Assembly (NCBI GenBank): GCA_022605425.2
Contig: JAKIMF020000011.1
Span: 62,001-126,000 of the forward strand
Source of the DNA: Hamiltosporidium tvaerminnensis FI-OER-3-3
Taxonomy: Eukaryota > Fungi > Microsporidia
Length of the DNA stretch: 64,000 nucleotides
Direction of reading: 5' to 3'
Both the position numbers and the translations under genes were made by a program. Below the pieces are notes generated by a model, which did no database searches, was not told where the DNA came from, and saw only the letters and a list, made by a program, of their open reading frames with translations. Positions 52,831 to 64,000 of this stretch are shown piece by piece. The first letter of the stretch is position 1, and each line of letters opens with the position of its first letter.

Positions 52831-55800
52831 TCTATATTTTAGGGATATAATACCTTTCTAGGTTTTTTATTACTTTTTTCATTACTCTGTCTATTCTTTT
52901 GTCCTAAATCATATATTCTAGTAAAAAAAAAATTTATAGCATATTAAAACTATGTTTATATGTTTCGTACTTTAGAAATAATCTACTTATTTATATTATA
53001 TAGTTTTTAGGTTAATTTTTTTGTTTTTTCTTTAAATCCAATGCAATTATATTTATAGTAATTAAATCGTTATTTTAACTTCTAGTGGTAACACCAGTTA
53101 CTTTTTTTGTTAGTAATTTGATATTTTATTAAATCTGTATAGTCTTTACTGTAATACAAACTAGAATATGGGGCGTTATTTATTTGAATATGAAATCATT
53201 TTTTTTATAGTTGTTAATATGGTAAATCGAACTTTTATCTAAAAATTTGAGTACAAGTTGAATTCTATTTACCTTATTTTCTTTCATTAAGTTTTTTTGC
53301 GTTGAATATTTTGGTTTATATATTATTTTTGTTATTTTTACTAATTTAAAACTTTTTACATATATCTAGATTGTTTAACTTAAATTTTTCGTATTATATC
53401 TTTATCTATTCTTTTTCATTTTCTGTTTTTTTTATTCAAATCTACATTTTTTTTTAAGGTTTTTTTCAAATCATTCATTTGTTATTTATTTGCTGGGTTA
53501 AGTGGTAACTTATTCAAGCAGTTTTTCTAGTTATAAAACAATTCTTGTTATATTAATCTATAAATTTTATAGAATAAAGTAACACTTATTTTCAAAAAAT
53601 GTCGAATTTTACCTCGTTTTAAGGGAATTCTATTTATTCTTTAGTCATTTTTCTTAGAATTCCTTAATTCATATCAATATGCAATATTTCGAAATAAATC
53701 AAGTATTATCTTTTCTCATATGATTTTAAGGGTCTAACAAAATAAACTTATAAAATTTACTATAATTGGAAGTTTTTGTTTATAAGATATTGGTTTTTTT
53801 TTATGGTCATGTAGAACACATTTGCTCAATTAAAACCTTAACCCATTATCTAAAAATAATATTTTTTAATCTTGGTCATAAAACGTTGTGTTCAACCTAA
53901 ATATGGCCATATTAAATTTGGTTAAATTGCTTTTAAAAGCCTTTAATATATTGATTGAAACATTAATCATATAGAGTATTCATACGTAACTTTGGATTTC
54001 TATATAACCTCAAGTTAGACTTTTCAAAAATTGAGCAAGCTGCCAAATATTATATATGTACTGCTTCTTTAGCTAAAAAAGAATATAAAGCTAAGTAAAA
54101 GAAAGTTATACATCTGAAGTAGCATTTAAAATTTCTTGTATACTATTTTAAAGAGAATTGATGAGAATTTTTAATATTGCCATTATTGAAATATATTTGA
54201 TATTCTTTATATATATAGACTTTATTTATTTTTCATATACCTATATCTATATTGTTTTTTTAAAAAAATTTAATCTCCTTAATATATACATATAAAAATC
54301 GGTTTTTTACCATCTACCTTATTTACCTGATTTTAATTGTAAATATTATAAATATATTGAATCTTCTTAATAATGCTAAGTCTTTTTTTAGAAATATATA
54401 TTGTATGGTAAGGATTTACAGAATCTAATTTTATATTAAATCGATACTACAGTAAAATATCTTGAGTACTGACTTTGATTCTTTATACTACTTATATATT
54501 AAAACTAAATTTAAATAAATAAACATTTTTACGTTAAGTATATGTCAATTTTAATTTTCTTAACCTATTTCTCTTTTTTAGGCAAAATCCCAAAACAAAT
54601 TATTAAAATAGTTTAATTTTATATTTTTTTAGACGTTAAACTTGTCTATTAAGTCGTATGGATGAAACAAAAATTTTTAATTATGGAATATTTTACATGA
54701 TATTTTAATTTTAGTTTAGCTAAAGGTAAACCCTAAAAACATTATTTCATTATAACCTAAATAACCTATACTCATTTTTTAAATAATTTAATATTATTTT
54801 TCTTGCTTGACGTAACGCTAAGAATTTTTTTCAAACCAGTAAGAAATCAATTTAAATGAAGTAATATAAGTGAATGGAAGATACTTTGAAATCTAAAAAT
54901 TTTTATAGATGAATATTTTATCTTAAAAGTATAAAATTTAAATATTTTTTTGAAAATAGGCTTATATTCTAATTAAATAAATAAAATTTGTATGATTAAG
55001 TTTGTTGGTTCAAATATCATATTATTTAATTATGATTAGTACACTTAAAATATAGAAAGAAAAACAATTGTTTGTACAAAATGTTTAAAAAAACATCGCA
55101 TTAGCTTAGATTTTTTATGTTTCGGTCTTTCCACTTGGAACCTAGCACCATCATATCTTTGGGCTTCTATTACATAATAAACTGCATAATGATTTAACCT
55201 AATGTAGAACGAAAGAAACTACTTCCACAATCCGCTACCATATATTTCACATAAACTTTCAACATATCTATAGGTTTTAAACTACATAAGCTGGTTTGCA
55301 CCATGAAAAGAGTATGTAAGGTCATATACCCGTATAGCTCTCATATGATTCAAGAGGTTGTGGCAAGAATCCATTCGATCTTTGCAGGTCGGATATAACG
55401 AAAAAAGTAAACTTCGGGCACTTATTATAATTTTAAAAATAACTCTACCAATATCACAAACGCCCATTACATAAACTCGAAGGCAAAAGTTGGCATACTT
55501 AGACAGATTTCCTATTTGCAAGGTTTCAAATGAATAACTCTATACGATTATTGAATTCTTAAATTATTCGTTTGTATTAAAATTTAAATCTTTTAAACAA
55601 AAACTCATAACTATATTTAAGCCTTAAACATAATACTATTTTATTTTTACTATCACCAACTGTTTTTTCTCTATAACTATACACTCAATCGTTATGACTT
55701 ATAAATGGGTGTAGGGTCTTTAAAAGTTTTACTCTTATTGTATAAATGTGTTATTTCTAAGCTACTTATTCTAAAGTGAAGCACAATTTATCTATCTTAA

Positions 55801-57207
55801 GATAAACATTACTAAAGCTAATTGAATATATTCATGATTTAACAATTACCCACTCATAATATAGAGATCGATTGTATTTCTTCAATTGGAATAGAATACT
55901 ATGTTTCCCATTAAAAAAATATTATTCGAATAAGAAATGCTATATTAATTTAAGAATTTGAGTAAATATAAACTTCTATTAAATTGTATTATAATTCGAA
56001 AAGTACCTTTCACAAAATAAAATCCTGGATTCTGAACAAAGAAATATAGGATCACGTAAATTTAAAGAATGGGATTGTAAAAAAGAATTGAGCAATAACA
56101 AAAAGAGAAATAATTGAATTAGGATTTAAAAATTTATTTGAAAAAAATATGTTTTCCTGGTAAATGACAACAAAATTAAATACATATTAAACCCCTTTAG
56201 AATGTTTTATTTAAGTTTTCTTGTAAATCTTTAAATTTGTTTAACTTCATCTTTCTTAAAAAGAGGACTAATATTACAACCTTTTTCTGTAGTAAATTTC
56301 TCAATTCTAAAGCAATTCTCTTTGATTGCATTAATATATATTTTCAAGATATCACAAATGCATTTTTTATCCAACTTTTGATATGTATTTGATTTTCGTA
56401 TTTATCTTCAGAAGTAGCAAATAGAATGTATCAAAACATACCGGTTATTTTCATTTCTTAAAAACATAACAAATATTTTCCGCAATAAATTTCGTTAAGA
56501 CACATAAATTTCTAAAATTTCGATTCAAAAGTTCCCATGTGTTCTAATCTAACCAAAGGCATAAATTTCTAATTCATGCCACTTTCAGCAGAAAATACAA
56601 ATGTAGAAGATTACTGTTCTTATACTCACCAAACCTCTTTATAGCTTTCAGATTTTTTTCACAAATTCTAAACATCAAATGTAAGACAAATGACCAACCA
56701 ATGGGCACTGACTTACTTACCACGCCTTATGTTTTCTTTCTACTACTCCCCGTCACAATACCACATATTTTGCTTAATCTCGAAGGAAAGGAACTCTTTA
56801 CTGAAATTACACCTTTTAAAAAATGGTTTCCAGGATAATATAATCAGAAATAAAAATAAGATATTCGTATGATCTTTATAACTTTCACGCTTTGTGCTTG
56901 ATACTCAACAGCGTGATTTTGTTACTCCCCTATATTTTATGGCTTATCTAAAAATGAAAACATTTTTTGACAAACAAAGTCATCTATTAGGTAAATCTTA
57001 AGGATGTAGCAAACTATAAGATACAAGCTATATCCACAAATTTGCCACCATTCCATTTGATTTCATTTTTCTTTTATTACATCTTCATTTAAATTTCTTC
57101 AGTAAAAAATACTATTTTCATTTCAGAACATAAGGGTAGAATTTAAAAATAAATATAAAGAAACTGAATTTGAAAAGAAAAGAGAAGAAAATATAATTAG
57201 ATTTACC

Positions 57208-57246
57208 ACCCCTACAAAATTTAAAATATTTTTGTTTTGTAGGGGT
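57208..57246. other. Stem-loop with a perfect 12-bp stem (ACCCCTACAAAA / TTTTGTAGGGGT) and a 15-nt loop
   Basis: Read directly from the sequence; an imperfect homolog lies at 22509-22545. Confidence 0.85.
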
Positions 57247-60200
57247 ATCAAATTCTATTTCATTTTCTTTGTTTTTAAAATAAATCACAGTTTCATTAAA
57301 ACTTTATATTAATAGGTTTGCGTTCGATCAAACATGCACAAAAATAAACTATATTTTAAATTGTAAAAATATGTTTATTACTAAAGATTTATCTAATAAA
57401 TCAAATTATTTTTAAAACACATGAAAAACTTGCAATTCAATATATAAAATTATTTAAAGCAATTTATATGACACAAAATAATACATTTCAAATTTTTTAA
57501 ATTTTCAAATCAATAACAGTCTTATTAAAATTGCAGAATATGAAAAATTCATTCATGGAATTAGTACACGTTTAGATAAATTATTTTATAAAAACTTTTT
57601 TGAAATTAAATTGACATAAGAAATAAAAACATCTTTTATTCAAAAATAATTTGATTTTGATTTCCGATCTTTAAAACCATTTAAGTTTCCACAGTAAAAA
57701 CTTTTTACATTTATATTTCGAAGAATAAATTTCTACTTGTTTTCTTTGTTATTAACTAATTCGTTTTAAAGGATTTTAATAATTTAAACCTTAATTTATG
57801 TAGTAAATAATATAATTTCTACAAACAGCAAGAAACAAAATTAAAGAAGTTCATTTACGATATTTTTAGTTATTAAAAATATCGTTTCTTATAAAACCAA
57901 GAAAGGTGTTATATTTTTTCAGGCATTAACTCTAGTCTGGTTTTACATAGAGCTACCCCGTATCAATTTATTGGTATATCTTAAGATACTTAAATCCAAG
58001 AGAATTTTTTACAAAAATGTCTAGATTTATTTAATAAGCGAGTCAGTAACTCCTGAATTTTTCTTGTCTATTGCAACAAAGTACGATTCGCAGGCCCAAT
58101 TTCGCTTTCAAAAATTTCAAAAAGGTGCAGCATTTTACTTGATCTAATCTTCAATTCGAAGATCATTCAACTAGAATGTATCTCGGAGACTTACAGGGGT
58201 CCATATAGACAACTGATTTAAAGTTTATAGGTATAATCTGTTATATCGGTTCTCATGTTCAAATATTTACATGGTCAAAATTTGCAGCGAGCTTCATATT
58301 CAAATGTGCAATGGTGGTTTCCGGAAGTTGGCTTAGCGACTACCTGCATGTTAGATTGTAATCTAAAGTTAGTATCAAAATTACTACATTTCGTAAATTG
58401 AAGAAAAAAAGCGCTTAATGTTAGACCATTACTCTGGATATGAATTTGATGGAACCGCTGGCAATTTATTATCGTAGATTCTGTCAAATCTAAATAATAA
58501 TTTCAAAATGTCTTTCACTTTTTATCGTGAGCAGGTTGTTTCTAACGTGGATATTTTAGCTTTAGTTGTTTTCCTTAATATTCAAAATTTATTTCTACGG
58601 CAAATTTCACTTTTATTTTTTTTACAGTTTAAGAAATATTGCAATTTTTTTTATAATTATATATAAGTGTAATATTTTGCTTTATAAATTTCCAGATTAG
58701 CTTATTGCATATTATTATATAGAAAATCTTAAGCTATTTTGATTTTTTTTAAATTTGGGATTGGATAAAACAATATTTTTAAAATTCAGCGTCTTTTTTT
58801 AAAAAAAGTTGGAAATTTATATATTGTGAAATTAAGTATTTAATTTTTATACATTAGATATCATAGGATAAAATTTTTTAGTATCATAATTTCTAAGATA
58901 TTTTAATGATATGTTGTATTACCCTAGTCTCCAAAAATCGACAAGTTTCGGTGAAGTCATAATTTAAAAATAAATTTCAAAATAAATATTTTACTATTAA
59001 AAGCAAAATAAATCGAACTAAATGAAAAAATTAATCATGTTTGAATAACAAAATTTTGTACAAACACTGGATCTTACTTGCGCGACATTCTCTAAGCCCC
59101 TTTCTTTAATTTAAACTTTAAAAACAAGTATGATTTTTCCCATCTTTCATAAGAATGTTATGAGCATTTAAATAAAGTAGCATATGCATTTAGACTTGGC
59201 TCCATTATGTTCATTACAAAAAACAGGCCATCATCTTATAAAAATGAATTCCTTGATTACTATCTATTCTATTAATCAATACATTTAACTAAAAATATTC
59301 TAAAAAGATCTAGTGAAGATAATTTTTCTTTGGAAAGATCTTTTATTTAAAAAGACATTTGAGAATAAATATAATCTTGAAAAAGTAAAGCAGAAAAATT
59401 ATTGAGACAGCAGCATGTGTAATAGTCAAAAATAAATACAGAGGGAATCTAATAGAAAATAATGCCTTGTTTCGCGTTTTTTTTTAAAAAATTTAGCATT
59501 TTTATTGACTCTTTTATGTTTTAGTTTAATCAGAATACATCTATCAAATTTTGTGACAAAATATATGTACTAATTTGATTTGCATAAAAACTTATAACTT
59601 GTGATTTTTTATATGATAATATTCGTAAATCTTGGTTTATTTACTTTTTTGTATAAGTTAGCATGTTTTTATCAATTTTCATTTCCTTTTTATGTTTTAT
59701 TGATGATTTTTAACAAACTACAGTATTTTTAAATTTTTGGTATTTACTTCTCAACATTAAATCATAAATTTATATTTGTACTTATTCATAGATTAGGGTA
59801 TTTTAGGGAAATTAACTGAGTTAGTTGTTACTTTGAGCTAAAAATCTATTTTTTTCTCTGTTTTCGGGATAGTGCCTTAAAATTTTCATTTTAGACATAG
59901 TTTATATTGATCTGCGCAAGATATGCCTTGTATATTTCTAGCTGGTACATAAATAGACTCACCATTCAGAAAATCACAATTAAAAATACTTTATATGTTT
60001 TTTTTTGAGAACTACGACAGCATTTAAAAATAAAAGATTAGAGAGTAAGAATTACTTCTTGGAAATGCATATCAAATACCCCTTAAGCTTTTATAAATAT
60101 ATTGAAAATCATGTACTAAGAATTAAGATTTAATCTTAAGCTTATATAGTTTTTGAAATGTAGTGCTATAACAAAATCCTGCATAGATTTGCGATGTAGC

Positions 60201-62871
60201 TTAAATTTGTTGTATCCTAGCGAAAAGATTAAACAAACTAAAAAAAACTACGAAGAAACCTAAAGTAAAATAATTTAATATTTATTTAGATGAGATTTTG
60301 AAAGAATCAAGTCCAAGAAAGTAATCAAAAATATTCTAATATGTTTTCTTTATGGTCAATTATTGCCTGGAAAAAAATTCTTTTTTCTTATGTGTATAGA
60401 TACTGTCAACGAAAATTACCGGCGTTGAAAATCATTTTTTGTGATACTGTTGAATACTTTTTCCGAAAAAAAATATTCTGATGTTCTCAGTGTTTTTATT
60501 AACTTTTAAATATTATTTCAAATTTAAAAGAAAATTTGTAAATCGTTTGATTTTAAAACTTAAGATAAATTTTTTTTGATACAATCAAGATATCAAATAT
60601 TATATCATTAGACTTTATAGTATATAAGAATTTTAAAATTGCATTTCTTTAGCACGTACTCGGTAGTACCTTATCATATCAATCTTTATCTTTATATTAT
60701 ACGGAAACAAGTAATTTAGGCATGTGGTCTTTTTGAAACTCTAATGCGGATCAAAAAAAATGATTTACCTAGGTATGCTTTTTGACATTTAAAACCCAAA
60801 ACACTGATGAGAAAAGAAGAAATAGCAAGAAGTGCTAAGAATCAAAAAAGTTTTGCTTATAAATTTATGTTAATGTATCCTAGTTTTCTTGCTAATAATT
60901 AAAAGGCTCGAATTTTTTTACAGGTGTTAAGCACATTTGAAATCCTTTATTTGTTTTCCTAATATTTATTTTTGGCACAAAATATATCAAAATAGCAATA
61001 AACTAAATTTTTGTAATGCTTTTGAATTAGAAGTTTTGCAATCTTTGTAAAAATCGCAACTTTGCTTTTCTATTTTTATATCATAATCAAATCTAAAAAT
61101 ATTTAACATCGTTGGAATTTATTAAAAAATATCCCGGGTCGGGCAACTAACTGACGGACAAAGCTCATTCTTGCAATTTCTTGATTCCAGCTTATCTAAA
61201 CTACTGTCACCTTTATTTCATTCCAAAATTTAGAGAAGGAAAATCTTTAATTGAAAACACAGGGTTAAAACTCTGTAAAAAGGTGTAAAAGAAATTTCTA
61301 AAAAATTTTAATTTGAATATATATACCGAATAAAAAAATAACTTTTTAAATAATTTAAATTTTTTTTTAGCATTTATATTTATTTTGTTCGCTTCTAACA
61401 GTATATATCTCGGTTTATGGAGGTAAAATTCTATTAGAAATACATCGAACGAGAAATAATCGTAGTATTTTTCAGTTTTTTTCGAAACATAATAAATCAC
61501 GTGTTTTAATCAAATAAGGTGTTGTGTAAAGTTCAAACGGCTTTATTCTGCGTCTTATATAAATAAATAAGTTTCAAATAACTTTTCCTCGCCAAAATAG
61601 ATAACCGAATAATAACTAGTCAATTTAAAGCATTTTAATGTGTTTATAATCCGAATGACAATTAAATATATTTCGCATATTTAGTTTCAAATATAACTTT
61701 TATTATGTTGCATTTCTAGCTATTAATTTTGAAATTTTTTCTTTAACTATTTTAAAACAAATTTATTATAAAAGAATGTATATCTTTGACTTCAAGGTAC
61801 ATCAATGAAAATCTTATATGTTTTTTCGAAGATAGGAAATGCATCTTAACGCACAAAAACCTTTTACCAATATTTTGATAATCTAGACGTACTTTGAATT
61901 AGAATTATCTTTATTCAAAAAAAAATTTTAAGAATTATTGGTGCCTCGTAATAGTTCTGTTCATACATTATTTAAATGTTAAGAATATTTTCAAATATAG
62001 AAGGCCTTTTATTCTGGAAATCCGAATTATTATACTGCAATATAAGGGTTTGTTTTTTTTGCATAGAAATAAAAAATTTTTCACATCTAATATGTAAATA
62101 GAATAGATGACCATTCGAATTTTGCATTTTGAAAACCTACAAATATTATTCAGCATATATGTTGAATTCTTACATAAAATTAGTATTTTTTAAAAACATG
62201 TATTGGTTTTGGTAGTACTTTAAAACGTAAAAAATCTAATATACGCTAGAAAAGTTTAAGAATAATACTAAAAATCTTAAAATATTCTTTTTTTTTTTTT
62301 TGCAAGCATGTTTTACTGTTGATTTATTAATATATAATTATGAAGGTTAAAGACTCTTTAAATATCATTATCTGATAATATTATAAAATTATTTTATTAC
62401 AAAAATTCGGAATATCACTTTTTTTTTCTTTTGATTTGAATTAAATTTTAAAAAAAAATTATATTCTCTTGATAGTAGACCTTATCCGAGTTTAAACTGT
62501 GATTTGAATAACCTTATAAAGTTGGTTATGTGGAATATACATCTTAGCTATGGATCAAAAAACAAGGAGTTGATACCGAAGGCTTCTTCTAAATTCTTAT
62601 CAATACACTGCTATTAACTAAAATAATTAAAAATTTCCATTATAAGGATCATCTCCTCTTTAGACTATAATTTTCCAAGGTTAAAAAATATTTTTGTTTC
62701 TTTTATATTACAGCTTCAAAGACCCACATCTGTTTTTCTGCTTTTATAACCTCAATGTTGTAATAAAATTCAGGAAAACTTAGTAATATCATACTATTGT
62801 CCTTCTAAGTTTCCTTTTCTTAAATTAGATCATTAATTATAAATTTAATTTAAAAATCCTACTTTCCAATT

Positions 62872-63027
62872 TATGTAGGATTTAGCAAGACCTTAAGTTT
62901 ATAAACAAATTTCATGAGAATTTAAGTTTCGCCAAAACTATATGATTTTTTTTATTTTAAATTTGATTAAAAAAAAAAATATCAGAAAATTTGTTCATTA
63001 ACTTAAGATCTTGCTAAATTCTACATA
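62872..63027. repeat. Inverted repeat with 46-bp arms (40/46 complementary) and a 64-bp spacer
   Basis: 62872-62917 against the reverse complement of 62982-63027 gives 6 mismatches; the position is homologous to 28149-28326. Confidence 0.9.
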
Positions 63028-64000
63028 CAGAAAAATGATGAAGGTTAAAAAAATATTCTAAACTATTTTGCTAATTGAAATTGCAATAAAGCATTCGATT
63101 TTTGTATGTATCTCCATTTTATCATTCAATAAAAAGTGTTTTATGATGTAAGAATATTTGTAAACTGCAAAAAATCTCAGCCTTTAAAAAAAGAGAATCG
63201 TTTACTCTATTTGATCCTGCTATCATTCTGAATCACATACTATTTTGTATCCTTTTATTTTTTTCAAATATAAAAATAATTTTATTCGGAAAAAATGATT
63301 TGAATATATTTTTCATAAAGAGGGATACTTTTTAAAAAATATTAAGTGCAAATTTATTTAAAAAGAGAGGTGGATTAGTTTGATTGAATTTAAAAGTAAC
63401 TGGAGTATGTTAAAATTGATTTTTTTTCTAATTGCTAAGGCCATGGTGGAGAGAGGATAACCACATTAAGACCGTGTTACTTGTAAATTATTTGATGAAA
63501 GGTATGTATCAACTAAGTGTTTTGCTTTTTTGTACAAATTACACCAATCTTTATTTTTTGGGTTCCATGGCTGTTCTAATTCCAAGAAAAGGTTCATAAA
63601 TTTTCAATGCTTTTTTTGTGTACTTTTTTAGGTTGTTATGTGACTAGATTTTAGACTGCAAATTAACTTAAGGTAAGTGTGATCTAAAAGAATAAAACAT
63701 AGTCTCAAACACCAGGTTATAAGAATTAGCGTAAAGAGATAGAAATAAATAATTTTGAAACTGTGGAGCGATGTAACATGTTATACTTTTGTTATGATAT
63801 TGCATTGTCTAAGTAGGTCTGTGTTAGTCATCAAAATATATCTTAGCGAGCATTTATTGGCTTCGGATTGGATAGAGTAAGTGAAAATCCTGCATAATCT
63901 CGAAAGGTTAAGTTCGAGCTATGTTCTACCTACAATCAAAACTTAGTAAAAGATATGGGCAAACGCTACCCAAACATTTTCCCTATTAAATAGATCATAT

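Larger units (their letters stand above)
53030..64000 (-). pseudogene. Copy VI, the longest copy (modules A and B, at least 11 kb); runs off the window end
   Basis: Collinear with copies I and III. Supplied minus-strand ORFs 55282-55521, 58275-58487 and 61213-61500 are fragments whose frames have counterparts in other copies, e.g. FCLRVYVMGVCDIG vs LCLRVIVIPVNDI, and QRFHQI vs QVFHQV. Confidence 0.8.

Noticed and set aside
2628-62156. The 18 supplied ORFs as real genes
   Set aside because: All are 103 aa or shorter, many have non-ATG starts, and they have AT-rich random-like composition. Several minus-strand ones are pseudogene fragments, and plus-strand ones such as 29483-29794 and 52112-52375 are shadow frames.
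1-64000. Intact genes hidden only by an alternative genetic code, or fungal RIP as the cause of the stops
   Set aside because: Copies differ by many 1-2 nt indels, so no code restores continuous frames. CA/TG dinucleotides remain common and transversions and indels are frequent, unlike RIP.

Overview
Very AT-rich DNA (roughly 20-25% GC by eye) with no intact gene: the longest supplied ORF is 103 aa, and I see no rRNA, tRNA or CRISPR array. It reads as a eukaryotic repeat or pseudogene graveyard. Most of the window is six co-oriented, strongly diverged, frameshifted copies of an unidentified coding element on the minus strand. All copies share module A (~2.5 kb). On the higher-coordinate side (5' on the minus strand), A joins either module B (~8 kb; copies at 1-10.4k, 19.0-28.7k and 53.0-64k) or module C (~1.6 kb) followed by a CCCTAA-like minisatellite (copy at 11.3-18.4k, and a copy split by a ~9.6-kb insertion into 33.0-35.4k and 45.0-49.1k). 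A partial A copy lies at 51.9-52.8k. Between copies are two probable decayed non-LTR retrotransposon fragments (also minus strand), a degenerate ~190-bp satellite and small minisatellites. The sharpest signals are a perfect 57-bp inverted repeat at 28149-28326, whose arms co-vary within each diverged copy, and a stem-loop whose loop is inverted between copies. I could not name the ancestral proteins. Boundaries are approximate and come from manual alignment.
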